Below, piece by piece: positions 17,837 through 30,198 of a stretch of 64,000 nt of DNA. Origin of the DNA: Solirubrobacteraceae bacterium. GTDB lineage: Bacteria; Actinomycetota; Thermoleophilia; Solirubrobacterales; Solirubrobacteraceae. The translations under genes were made by a program, and so were the position numbers. The notes beneath the pieces were generated by a model. That model saw nothing but the letters and a program-made list of their open reading frames with translations, was not told the DNA's origin and searched no databases. The stretch lies in assembly GCA_035507415.1 (NCBI GenBank), contig DATJOF010000016.1, forward strand, positions 4,978 to 68,977. The letters are read 5' to 3'. Numbering within the stretch: position 1 is the stretch's first letter; every line of letters starts with the position of its first letter.

Positions 17837-18152
17837 GTGAAAGAGGACCCAACAACCGCAGAGACGACCGACCCCGAGGGCAGACAGGTGGTGTTGGTGG
17901 ATGCGGTGTGGCGCGCAAAGATCGTCCGCGACCACCCGGAGATCGACAGGCACATGTCCGACGTCCTTCGGGCTGTGACGAAACACGATCATGTTGCTGC
18001 CGACCCGATCTTCGCTGAGCGGACCCGCTACTACGCACGGGGTGTTGGTCCAAGTCGATGGCTGCTGGTCGTCGTAAGCTATGAGCAGGTGGCGGCGCCG
18101 GATCGTCTCCGCGTTCGCCAACCGGAAGGATCCAAGATCATGGAGCGCGTGA
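17837..18152 (+). pseudogene. RelE/BECR-fold toxin-like gene with an apparent +1 frameshift near 18098
   Basis: DPEGRQVVL..W...DHPE...RYY...WLLVVVSY; the natural C-terminus RIVSAFANRKDPRSWSA* lies in the +1 frame (18099-18152). Confidence 0.6.
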
Positions 18153-18427
18153 GCATCACGATCGGGCCGCTGAGCTTTGATCACGCCGACTACGACGCCG
18201 GCAACGACGTGCTGTATCTGCATATCGGCGAGCCGCAGGCGGGCGAGGGTGAGGAGACGCCAGAGGGCCACGTCGTCCGCTACGCGCCCGGAACCACTCG
18301 GATCGTAGGTCTGACGGTGCTCGGAGCACGGCGCGTCTTGGAGCGCGACAGGCGCCTTTCGGTCACCGTCCCGGACACCGTTGAGACAACCGCCGACGAG
18401 CTGGCACCGGCGCTCGCGGCGGTCTAG
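18140..18427 (+). CDS. DUF2283-family putative antitoxin
   Basis: YDAGNDVLYLHIG...ETPEGHVVRY...IVGLTV pattern; own RBS ggaagga at 18124-18130. Confidence 0.75.
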   Translation: MERVSITIGPLSFDHADYDAGNDVLYLHIGEPQAGEGEETPEGHVVRYAPGTTRIVGLTVLGARRVLERDRRLSVTVPDTVETTADELAPALAAV

Positions 18428-18510
18428 CTCGCAGCACCTCGAAGGGATCGACTCAGAGCCACGATCCGCATACCACCACGGCATCTGGGGACCAACCTCG
18501 CCTGACCCCC

Positions 18511-18534
18511 GAATCCGCGCCGCCCAGCGGATTC
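18511..18534 (-). terminator. Hairpin just downstream of tRNA-Arg
   Basis: gaatccgc/gcggattc 8-bp stem. Confidence 0.5.
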
Positions 18535-18541
18535 CAAGACA

Positions 18542-18614
<73 letters not shown>

Positions 18615-18765
18615 TTGCGCCCATGATCGGCGCTTTCCGTGCCCGACACAGGCTGGCCAGACTCTACCTCAGCCGCGCCTACTCGCCCCGGTTTCGTGAT
18701 CGAGGGCTGTACAGACGCTATTGAAGGGCGTAGACTCGGGCGCGATCGAGCAGGGGAGGTTGGCG

Positions 18766-19341
18766 ATGCGGTTTCTGAGCAGGCATGCGACCGCGCTGGT
18801 GGCGCTGGTCGCGCTGGTGTTCGCGATGACCGGAACCGGCATCGCCGCGTCGCGCTATCTGATCACGAATACGTCGCAGATCAAGCCGAGCGTGCTCACG
18901 CAGCTTCGCACCGAAGTGACAGCTGCAGCCGCAAAAGCAGCCAAAAAGGGAGCCAAGGGGGTGGTCGCTCGTGTCCGCGGCACGGCTTCCGAAGAACAGA
19001 CGGGCGAATACGAAATACCGCTGACAGACGCCACGTGGACCCAGGGCGCCGAAGAACTCGACGAGATTCCCTTCGGCCTCGTGACCGGTAACTCAGGCCA
19101 TGGTTGCCACGCGGCACCGACCGTGTCGATCCTGCTCGACGGCGAACAGATCGGCTGGCTGACGCTTGGTGGGACGACACTTCGCGCCCATGAACTCGAA
19201 TGGGATGAACCCGAATCGGGCCGCTTCTCGTACTGGCTGCCAGAACCTGGCCACACGGTCACGCACACGCTCACTGCCAAAGTCACGGCCACTTGTGGCG
19301 TGATCGAATCGGTCTCGATCGACGTGGTCGGCTTGCGCTAG
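18766..19341 (+). CDS. Secreted hypothetical protein
   Basis: RBS ggggagg; signal peptide; ASRYLITNTSQIKPSVL segment; beta-rich C-terminal part. Confidence 0.75.
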   Translation: MRFLSRHATALVALVALVFAMTGTGIAASRYLITNTSQIKPSVLTQLRTEVTAAAAKAAKKGAKGVVARVRGTASEEQTGEYEIPLTDATWTQGAEELDEIPFGLVTGNSGHGCHAAPTVSILLDGEQIGWLTLGGTTLRAHELEWDEPESGRFSYWLPEPGHTVTHTLTAKVTATCGVIESVSIDVVGLR

Positions 19342-19357
19342 CGTCGTCCTGAGCTAG

Positions 19358-20170
19358 TCAGTAGGGCAGCGTCACGTAGGGCGTGTCGTTGTTGCCCACC
19401 GACAGGGTGAAGGGGTCGACGAAGAACTCCGTATCCCCTTCCGGCACGTCGATCGTGCCTTTGCCTTTGCCGATGCCCTTGCTGTTCGTGGTCAGTTCGA
19501 ACGCCGTGGCGAGGTAGTCGCATTCATTGCCCCACACCTCGACTTCGTATGTCGAGTTGGGTACGCCATGTTTGAGCGTCGCCGAGACGGTCAGCTCGTT
19601 GCCGAGCCGGCTGAGAGCAGCGGTGCCCACGACCGGGAGTTCCGCGTCGTTCGCGCCGCAGTAGCTGTTGCCTTCTTGGAACGGCGCCTTGGCTTTGTGG
19701 GCGACCGGCTTCTTGACCTTGACCTGCATCAGGACGGGGTAGGAGGTGGAGTCGGCGGCATTCCAATATTCTCCGCAGTTCCGCACCTCTTCGAAGCTGG
19801 CGACGATGTCGTACGTGCCCGCTTTCGGCGCCGGGCCCAGGTCGACTTCCCCGTTGCCGTCTTGTTCATAAATGCCGAAGTCCTCGATGCAGCCGGCGGC
19901 CGGCTGTCCGGCGAAAGCCACCGCCACGTAGTCCTTGCACGACGGGCATCCTGCGTTTCCGTCAGACCAGTCGGCGCTGACCTTCAGGGGTTCGCCTTCG
20001 GTGACGGTGAACTTCGTGCCGACTTTGCCGTCGAGCGCGATGGTGCTGAGCGTGGTGGCGCCCACGGTGTGGGGGTCGGGTGGAGCTTTTGCGGCGAAGG
20101 CGACCCCGTCCGTAGCGAGCACGAGCGAGGCGACCGCAAGGGCCAGGATCGCGATTCTTGACGCTTTCAT
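19358..20170 (-). CDS. Secreted hypothetical protein, probably two beta-sandwich domains with Cys pairs
   Basis: MKASRIAILALAVAS...AFA signal peptide; CPSC and further Cys residues. Confidence 0.75.
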   Translation of the reverse strand: MKASRIAILALAVASLVLATDGVAFAAKAPPDPHTVGATTLSTIALDGKVGTKFTVTEGEPLKVSADWSDGNAGCPSCKDYVAVAFAGQPAAGCIEDFGIYEQDGNGEVDLGPAPKAGTYDIVASFEEVRNCGEYWNAADSTSYPVLMQVKVKKPVAHKAKAPFQEGNSYCGANDAELPVVGTAALSRLGNELTVSATLKHGVPNSTYEVEVWGNECDYLATAFELTTNSKGIGKGKGTIDVPEGDTEFFVDPFTLSVGNNDTPYVTLPY

Positions 20171-20370
20171 CGGTCTGCCTTTCTCGCGCTGGAGCAGGTC
20201 GCTGGGATCGTCCCGCTTGCAACCCGCAGCCGCCACCCTGCGACCCCTACTGCGGGGGTAGGGAGAACCCGACGGCCGCCGCCGCATCGCGAGCGCGCCT
20301 CGCGCGCGCCGCCCGGGGGCCCGAGCGCGCGCTCTGACCCGCGCCGCGCCGCCCTCGCTACCGTGCAGCC

Positions 20371-21348
20371 ATGGACCTGTCGATCTTCTTCGTGGGCACC
20401 GGCGGCTCGGTCCCGAGCGCCCGGCGCGGGCTGCCGGCGTTGCTGATCCGCCGCGGCGGCGAGCAGCTCCTGTTCGACTGCGGCGAGGGCACCCAGCGCC
20501 AGCTGATCCGCTCGGTCGGCCTGGGCGATCTGGACTGCGTGTTCATCACCCACTTCCATGCCGACCACTGGCTCGGGCTGCCGGGAATGCTGAAGTCGTT
20601 TGCGCTGCGCGAACGCGAGGCGCCGCTGCGCATCTACGGCCCTCCGGGCCTGCACGACCTGATGGAGCGCATGCGGTTCGTGTACGGGCGGCGCCTGCCG
20701 TACGAGCTGAGCGTCGCCGAGCTCGCGCCGACCGAGACCGTCGCCGGCGACGGCTACCTGATCAGGGCAATTCCCGTCCGGCACAAAGGCGAGGCCTGCT
20801 ACGGGTACGCGCTCCTCGAGCAGGCGCGGCCCGGTCAGCTCGACCCCGAGCTGGCCGAGCGGCTGGGCGTCACGCCCGGTCCGGACTTCGGGCGCTTGCA
20901 GCGCGGCGAGACGGTCGACGGCGTTTCGGCCGATCAGGTGCTCGGGCCGTCCCGTGCTGGACGGAAGATCGTGATCTCCGGTGACACCGCACCGTGCGAG
21001 GCGCTCGTCGTCGCCTCCCACGAATCCGACGTGCTCGTGCACGAGGCGACGTTCGCCGAGGAGGAGACCGAACGCGCCGGCCAGACGCTCCACAGCACGG
21101 CTCGCCAGGCGGCCGAGCTGGCGCGCGACGCGCACGTGCGCGTGCTCGCTCTGACGCACATCTCCAGCCGTTACCCCGGCGGCGAGCTGCGCGAGCAGGC
21201 GCGCGCGGTGTTCGCGAGCACCGAGGCGCCCAGGGACTTCGACACGATCGAGGTCCCGTTTCCCGAGCGCGGAGCCCCGCGGCTCGTGCGCTGGTCAGAG
21301 CGTCGCGAACGCGAAGCCCCCGCGCCCGAACCTGCCGCGGCGCCGTGA
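20371..21348 (+). CDS. rnz: Ribonuclease Z
   Basis: GTGGSVP, DCGEGTQRQ, THFHADH, SGDT, HEATF, HST and THIS motifs. Confidence 0.95.
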   Translation: MDLSIFFVGTGGSVPSARRGLPALLIRRGGEQLLFDCGEGTQRQLIRSVGLGDLDCVFITHFHADHWLGLPGMLKSFALREREAPLRIYGPPGLHDLMERMRFVYGRRLPYELSVAELAPTETVAGDGYLIRAIPVRHKGEACYGYALLEQARPGQLDPELAERLGVTPGPDFGRLQRGETVDGVSADQVLGPSRAGRKIVISGDTAPCEALVVASHESDVLVHEATFAEEETERAGQTLHSTARQAAELARDAHVRVLALTHISSRYPGGELREQARAVFASTEAPRDFDTIEVPFPERGAPRLVRWSERREREAPAPEPAAAP

Positions 21349-21370
21349 CCGCCGGCCCGTCGGGCTGTGT

Positions 21371-21420
21371 TGGTACAGTCACGGCGATCCTTTAACCCGG
21401 TCCAGAGAGGCCAGGAAGGA
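21371..21420 (+). promoter_or_regulatory. Extended -10 plus PyrR-binding RNA stem-loop overlapping the pyrR RBS
   Basis: TGGTACAGT at 21371; tcctttaa-cccggtccagagaggccagg-aagga matches the PyrR binding-loop pattern (GUCCNGNGAGGY). Confidence 0.85.
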
Positions 21421-21427
21421 GCGACAG

Positions 21428-21982
21428 ATGGACAACGAGAAGACGGTCCTCGGTGAGGACGAGCTGCAGCGGGCGCTAACGCGGATCGCTCACGAGATCG
21501 TAGAGCGCAATCCCGTGCCTCCGGCTCCGGCGCTCGTCGGGATCCATCGCCGCGGCGCGTTCCTCGCGAGCCGTTTGCGGCGGTTGCTCCAGGAGCTGCT
21601 CGACATCGACGTTCCGCTCGGGGACCTCGACATCGGCTTCTACCGCGACGACGTGTCACGCCGCGACGACGCGCCGGTGCTGCATGCGTCGCACATCGAC
21701 TTCGACGTGGCCGACCGCACGGTGGTGATCGTGGACGACGTGCTCTACACGGGTCGCACCGCGCGCGCTGCGATCGAGGCGCTGTTCGACTACGGGCGCC
21801 CCGCGCGCGTGCAGCTGGCGGTGCTCGCCGACCGCGGCCATCGCGAGCTGCCGATCCGGCCCGACTATGTCGGCAAGAACCTGCCGACCTCGCGCGCCGA
21901 GCACGTGCACGTGCGCGTGCACGAGCTCGACGGGGTGGACGAGATCGCAATAGCTCCAGCTCGAGTGGAGGCGGCGCTGTGA
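21428..21982 (+). CDS. pyrR: Pyrimidine operon regulator / UPRTase
   Basis: LDIGFYRDD, VDDVLYTGRT and DRGHRELPIRPDYVGKN motifs. Confidence 0.97.
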   Translation: MDNEKTVLGEDELQRALTRIAHEIVERNPVPPAPALVGIHRRGAFLASRLRRLLQELLDIDVPLGDLDIGFYRDDVSRRDDAPVLHASHIDFDVADRTVVIVDDVLYTGRTARAAIEALFDYGRPARVQLAVLADRGHRELPIRPDYVGKNLPTSRAEHVHVRVHELDGVDEIAIAPARVEAAL

Positions 21983-22977
21983 ACCACCTGCTGACGATGG
22001 AAGACCTCGACCGCGAGGCGATCGAGCGGATCGTCGGCCAGGCGGAGCGCTTCGCCGAGGTGTCCGATCGCGAGATCAAGAAGGTTCCCGCGCTGCGCGG
22101 GCGGATGGTGCTGAACCTGTTCTACGAGGCATCGACGCGCACGCGCAGCTCGTTCGAGCTGGCAGCCAAGCGCCTGTCCGCCGATGTCGTCAACTTCGCC
22201 GCGAGCGGCTCGAGCGTCGAGAAGGGGGAGTCGCTGAAGGACACAGTGCTGACGCTCAGCGCGCACAGGCCCGACGCGATCGTGCTGCGCACGCCATGGG
22301 CCGGCGCAGCCGAGCTCGTGTCCCGCTGGTGCGGCGCCGCGATCGTCAACGCCGGCGACGGCAAGCACGAGCACCCGACGCAGGCGCTGCTCGACGTGTA
22401 CACGCTGCGCCAGCGCCTGGGCGAGATCGACGACGCCTCGATCTGGATCGTCGGCGATGTGGCGCACTCGCGGGTGGCGCGCTCGAACATCATCGCCTTC
22501 CAGCGCATGGGCGCGCGCGTCACGGTCGCCGGGCCGCCGACGCTGATCCCGCGCGGGATCGAGACGCTCGGCTGCGACGTGCGCTACACGCTCGACGAGC
22601 TCGAGTCCGCCGACGTCGTGTACGCACTGCGGATGCAGCGCGAGCGCATGAACGAGACGTGGGTGCCCTCGCTGCGCGAGTACGCCGCCTGGTATCAGAT
22701 CAACGGCCGGCGGCTGCAGCCGCAGCAGGTGCTGATGCATCCCGGTCCGGTGAATCGCGGTATCGAGCTCTCCGGTGAGGCGGTCGACTCGCCGCAGGCC
22801 GTGATCGCCGCTCAGGTCGAGGCCGGGGTGGTGGTGCGCATGGCGGTGCTGTACGAGCTGCTGGCCGGCTCGGCCGGCTCGGGGACGGGGTCGACGGCGG
22901 CGCCCGCCGATCCGATGGCTGCCCGCGTCGAGGGAGCGCCGGCCGACGATCCCCTGCCCGAGCCGCAGCCCGCGTGA
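21979..22977 (+). CDS. pyrB: Aspartate carbamoyltransferase
   Basis: FYEASTRTRSSF, NAGDGKHEHPTQ and MHPGP motifs. Confidence 0.97.
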   Translation: MNHLLTMEDLDREAIERIVGQAERFAEVSDREIKKVPALRGRMVLNLFYEASTRTRSSFELAAKRLSADVVNFAASGSSVEKGESLKDTVLTLSAHRPDAIVLRTPWAGAAELVSRWCGAAIVNAGDGKHEHPTQALLDVYTLRQRLGEIDDASIWIVGDVAHSRVARSNIIAFQRMGARVTVAGPPTLIPRGIETLGCDVRYTLDELESADVVYALRMQRERMNETWVPSLREYAAWYQINGRRLQPQQVLMHPGPVNRGIELSGEAVDSPQAVIAAQVEAGVVVRMAVLYELLAGSAGSGTGSTAAPADPMAARVEGAPADDPLPEPQPA

Positions 22978-24323
22978 TGGCTGGTCAGCTGCTCTCGCAC
23001 GGGCCGGTCGAGCCGGCCCAGCTGCTGCTGCGGGACGTGCGCGTGCTCGACCCGCGCATGGGACTCGACGCGCGCCGCGACGTGCTGGTGCGCGACGGCA
23101 AGATCGCGGCGCTGGCCGAGGCCGGCTCGCTCGGAGAGCCGCTGCAGGAGATCGAGCTGGTCGATGGGCGGGGACGGCTGCTGGCGCCCGCCTTCTTCGA
23201 CCCGCACGTGCACCTGCGCAGCCCCGGTCAGGAGCACAAGGAGGATCTGCGCAGCGGCACGCGAGCCGCCGCGGCGGGGGGATTCGGCGGCGTGATCGCG
23301 ATGCCGAACACCGACCCCGTGATCGACTCCGCGCCGCTGCTGGGGTCATTGCGCGAGGCGGCTGCACGGGAGGCCTGCGTTCCCGTCGGGTTCATGGCGG
23401 CGATCACCCGTGGGCAGCGCGGCGAGGAGCTGACCGAGATGGCGCATCTGCGCGCCGAGGGCGCGGTCGGCTTCAGCGACGACGGCCTGCCCGTCGCGAG
23501 CGCCGGGATGCTGCGCAAGGCGATGCAGTACCAGCGCCTGTGCGGCGGCGTGCTCAGCCTGCACGAGGAGGATCCGACGCTCTCGCGCGACGGTTGCATG
23601 CGCGAGGGGGCCGTCAGCGCGGCGCTCGGCATCGGCGGGATCCCGAGCGTGAGCGAGTCCACGATGGTGGCGCGCGACGCCGAGCTGGCGCTGTACGAGT
23701 CGGCGCGCGCGCACTTCCAGCACCTCAGCTGCGCCGCCTCGGTGGCGTCTGTCGAACGGGCCAAGGCGGACGGAGCGCGGGTCAGTTGCGAGGTGACTCC
23801 ACACCATCTGCTGCTCACCGACGAGAGCGTGCGCGAGCTCGATACGCGCATGAAGATGAACCCGCCGCTTGCGGGCGAGCAGGATCGCCGCGCGCTCGTG
23901 CAGGCGCTGCGCAGCGGCGCGATCGACTGCGTCGCGAGCGACCACGCGCCCCATGCGCGCGAGGAGAAGGAGGTGCCCTTCGAGCAGGCGCCGATGGGGA
24001 CCACGGGGCTGGAGACGGCTTTCCCGGCGCTGTACACGGGCCTGGTCCTGAATGGCGAGCTCGCGCTCGACACGCTGATCGAACGGATGACCGCGGGCGC
24101 CGCGCTGTTCGAGCTGCCGACGGCCACGATCGCGCCGGGCGAGCCGGCGAACCTGACGTTGATCGATCTCGACGCGGAGCTGATCGCGGGCGAGCACGGC
24201 TGGGAGAGCCGCTCCGAGAACTGCTGCTTCGCCGGCCGGCGCCTGCGCGGGCGCGTGCTGCTGACGCTGGCCGCCGGCGGCGTGGTCTATCGCGAGCCCG
24301 TGTTCTCAGTGGTCGCCGCATGA
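22974..24323 (+). CDS. pyrC: Dihydroorotase
   Basis: DPHVHLR, MPNTDP, KMNPPL and SDHAPH motifs. Confidence 0.96.
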   Translation: MMAGQLLSHGPVEPAQLLLRDVRVLDPRMGLDARRDVLVRDGKIAALAEAGSLGEPLQEIELVDGRGRLLAPAFFDPHVHLRSPGQEHKEDLRSGTRAAAAGGFGGVIAMPNTDPVIDSAPLLGSLREAAAREACVPVGFMAAITRGQRGEELTEMAHLRAEGAVGFSDDGLPVASAGMLRKAMQYQRLCGGVLSLHEEDPTLSRDGCMREGAVSAALGIGGIPSVSESTMVARDAELALYESARAHFQHLSCAASVASVERAKADGARVSCEVTPHHLLLTDESVRELDTRMKMNPPLAGEQDRRALVQALRSGAIDCVASDHAPHAREEKEVPFEQAPMGTTGLETAFPALYTGLVLNGELALDTLIERMTAGAALFELPTATIAPGEPANLTLIDLDAELIAGEHGWESRSENCCFAGRRLRGRVLLTLAAGGVVYREPVFSVVAA

Positions 24324-24339
24324 GCGGCGGGGGAGGGAG

Positions 24340-24903
24340 ATGTCGATGAGCCTGCTCGAGCGAGACCGCGCCGCGCTGGTGGTGGTCGATGTCCAGGAGG
24401 GGTTTCGTCCGTATGCCTCGTTCGAGGGCGTCGTGGACGGGGCCGGCAAGCTCGTGCAGGCGGCGCGCATTCTCAGGCTGCCGCTGATCGTCAGCGAGCA
24501 GTACCCGAAAGGGCTCGGCCACACCGCGCCCGAGGTGGGCCTCGCCACGGTGACCGATGAGCCTGCGGCGGGCGAGAGCCGCGAGCGGCTGATCGAGAAG
24601 ACCGTGTTCTCGGCCGCGCGCGCAGACGGCTTCGACCTGCAGGGGCGCACCCAGGCGGTCGTGTGCGGAATCGAGACGCACGTGTGCGTCAGCCAGACCG
24701 TGCACGACCTGCTCGCCGAGGGCGTTGAAGTGCACGTGCCCGCCGACGCCGTCGGGTCACGCCATCAGATCGACTACGAGCGCGGCCTCGAGCGTCTGCA
24801 GCGGGCCGGCGCCGAGGTGAGCACGGTCGAGGCGGTCGTGTTCGAGCTGCTCGAGCGTGCCGGCACGCCGGAGTTCAAGGCCGTCCAAAAGCTGATCATC
24901 TGA
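24340..24903 (+). CDS. Isochorismatase/cysteine hydrolase family protein (YcaC/ISOC-like)
   Basis: VVDVQE, EQYPKGLG, KTVFSA, GIETHVCVSQT (Asp/Lys/Cys triad). Confidence 0.9.
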   Translation: MSMSLLERDRAALVVVDVQEGFRPYASFEGVVDGAGKLVQAARILRLPLIVSEQYPKGLGHTAPEVGLATVTDEPAAGESRERLIEKTVFSAARADGFDLQGRTQAVVCGIETHVCVSQTVHDLLAEGVEVHVPADAVGSRHQIDYERGLERLQRAGAEVSTVEAVVFELLERAGTPEFKAVQKLII

Positions 24904-24911
24904 GCGCGGAC

Positions 24912-26127
24912 GTGAACGACGCCAACGCCTACGTGCTGCTCGACGACGGCACGCGGTTTGACGGCACGGCCTGCGCGGCCGACGGACACGCGGTCGGCGA
25001 GGTCGTGTTCACCACCGGGATGAGCGGCTACCAGGAGTCGATGACCGACCCCTCGTTCGCCGGGCAGCTGATCACGTTCACCTATCCGCACATCGGCAAC
25101 TACGGGGTCAGCGCGCAGGCGATGGAGTCCGAGCGGCCGTGGGCGCGCGCGGCGATCATGCGCGAGGCCTGCGACCGCGAGGATGCGCCCGGCGCCGAGG
25201 GAGGCTGGCTGCAGTGGCTGCGAGACTGCGGCGTCGTGGCGATCAGCGGCGTCGACACGCGCGCCCTGGTCAAGCACATCCGCGATCGCGGCGCCATGCG
25301 CGGAGGCGTGTTCGGAGCGTCGCTGTCGGAGCGCGAGGCGCGGGCGCTGGTCGAGGCCGAGCCGCCGATGGCCGGACAGGATCTCGCGCGGCAGGTGACG
25401 CCCGCGGCGATCAGTCGCCACGGCGCCCCCGGCCGGGGTCCGCACATCGCAGTGCTCGACACGGGCATCAAGGCCTCGATGGTGCGCGAGCTGCTGGCGC
25501 GTGGCGCATCCGTGACGCTGCATCCGTGCACCAGCTCGGCGGGCGAGCTGCTGGCCGAGGATCCCGATGCCGTGTTCCTGGCCAACGGGCCCGGCGATCC
25601 CGCGGCGCTCCAGTACGTCGTTGAGACCGTGCGCGAGATAGTCGGGCGCAAGCCGGTGTGGGGTATCTGTCTCGGACACCAGCTGCTGTGCCGGGCCGTC
25701 GGTCTGGAGACGTTCAAGCTCCCGTTCGGCCATCGCGGCGCCAACCATCCGGTCAAGGACCTCGAGAGCGGGCGCATCGAGATCACCTCGCAGAACCACG
25801 GCTTTGCCGCCCTGGGACCGAACGGGGCGCGCACGATCGACGACGACGCGCCCGTGCGCTGGCAGACGGACTTCGGCGAGGCCCAGCTCTCGCACGTGAA
25901 TCTGTACGACCGGACCGTCGAGGGACTGGAGCTGCTCGACGTGCCCGGCGGCACGGTCCAGTATCACCCCGAGGCCGGGCCGGGTCCGCACGACAGCAAG
26001 TACCTGTTCGACCGTTTCCTCGCGCGGATCATGGCCGTCACAGAGGGCCGGCTCGACCGGCCCGCTCGAGGACGGCGTGAGGCCGTTCCCTCGGATCGGC
26101 AGGACGGTCTGGATGCCGGGCGGGGCT

Positions 26128-26135
<8 letters not shown>
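24912..26135 (+). CDS. carA: Carbamoyl-phosphate synthase small subunit
   Basis: [30 protein letters not shown] and [10 protein letters not shown] motifs. Confidence 0.97.
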
Positions 26136-29328
<3,193 letters not shown>

Positions 29329-29340
29329 ACGAGACCGCCG

Positions 29341-30198
29341 GTGAGCCACGCTAGCCTGCGCCGCCGCCTGCTGACCGTGACCGCCAACCACGGGCTCGGC
29401 GCGTACGTCGTGCTGCGCATGGCCGACCCGGACGGGCCGGCTCCAGACGCGGGCCAGTTCACGATGCTGGCCGCCGCCGAGCACTGGGGCGGAGGGGAGG
29501 ACGAGCGTCCCTACCTGGCGCGCGCGTTCTCCGTGGCCCGCTTCCAGGATGGCGAGACGCAGTACCTGCTCGAGGACGTTGGGCCTGCGAGCAGACGGCT
29601 GTGCGAGCTGGGCACGGGCGAGCGGGTGTGGGCCTTGGGGCCGCTCGGTCGCGGTTTCACGCCCCCGCCGGCGGGACGGCGAGCCCTGCTCGTCGGCGGG
29701 GGGATCGGGATCGCGCCGCTGCTGATCTGGCAGGACGCCCTGCGGACGCCAGCTGCGAACGGCGCCGTGCAGCTCGATTGTCGGGACGCCTCTGATGACC
29801 GGCCGCGGCCGACCGTCCTGCTGGGCTTTCGCGATCAGGAGCGCGCGCGGAGCGCGACCCTGTTTGCCGATCCTCAGGTGGCGGTGGACGACGGTTCGGT
29901 CGGCCATCGCGGCTTCGTCACCGAGCTGCTCGAGGCCGAGCTGCGCCGCGATCCGCGCGCCGTCGTCTATGCGTGCGGGCCCGCCGCGATGCTCGAGGCT
30001 GTCCGGGCGATCTGCGAGCGCGAGCACGTGCCCGCGCAGCTCGCGCTCGAGGCGGGCATGGCCTGTGGCTTCGGCGCTTGCTACGGCTGCGCGGTGCCGC
30101 GCCGCCGCGGGGGCTACCTGCGCGTGTGCATCGACGGCCCCGTGATCGACGCCGCCGAGCTGTCGCATGTCGAGGAGTACGCGGGAGCGCTCGAATGA
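29341..30198 (+). CDS. pyrK: Dihydroorotate dehydrogenase electron-transfer subunit
   Basis: GPLGRGF, VGGGIGIAP, YACGP and MACGFGACYGC...CIDGPV [2Fe-2S] motifs. Confidence 0.93.
   Translation: MSHASLRRRLLTVTANHGLGAYVVLRMADPDGPAPDAGQFTMLAAAEHWGGGEDERPYLARAFSVARFQDGETQYLLEDVGPASRRLCELGTGERVWALGPLGRGFTPPPAGRRALLVGGGIGIAPLLIWQDALRTPAANGAVQLDCRDASDDRPRPTVLLGFRDQERARSATLFADPQVAVDDGSVGHRGFVTELLEAELRRDPRAVVYACGPAAMLEAVRAICEREHVPAQLALEAGMACGFGACYGCAVPRRRGGYLRVCIDGPVIDAAELSHVEEYAGALE

Noticed and set aside
18484-18497. ttggtccccagatg (minus strand) as an integrase arm-type site, or an att duplication at tRNA-Arg
   Set aside because: Only a single copy is present, with no integrase and no repeat of the tRNA 3' end found by eye.
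20245-20270. ccctac-N7-gtaggg palindrome as a CsoR or LuxR operator
   Set aside because: Spacing and sequence fit the CsoR TACCC-GGGTA pattern poorly, and no cognate regulator or copper gene is adjacent.
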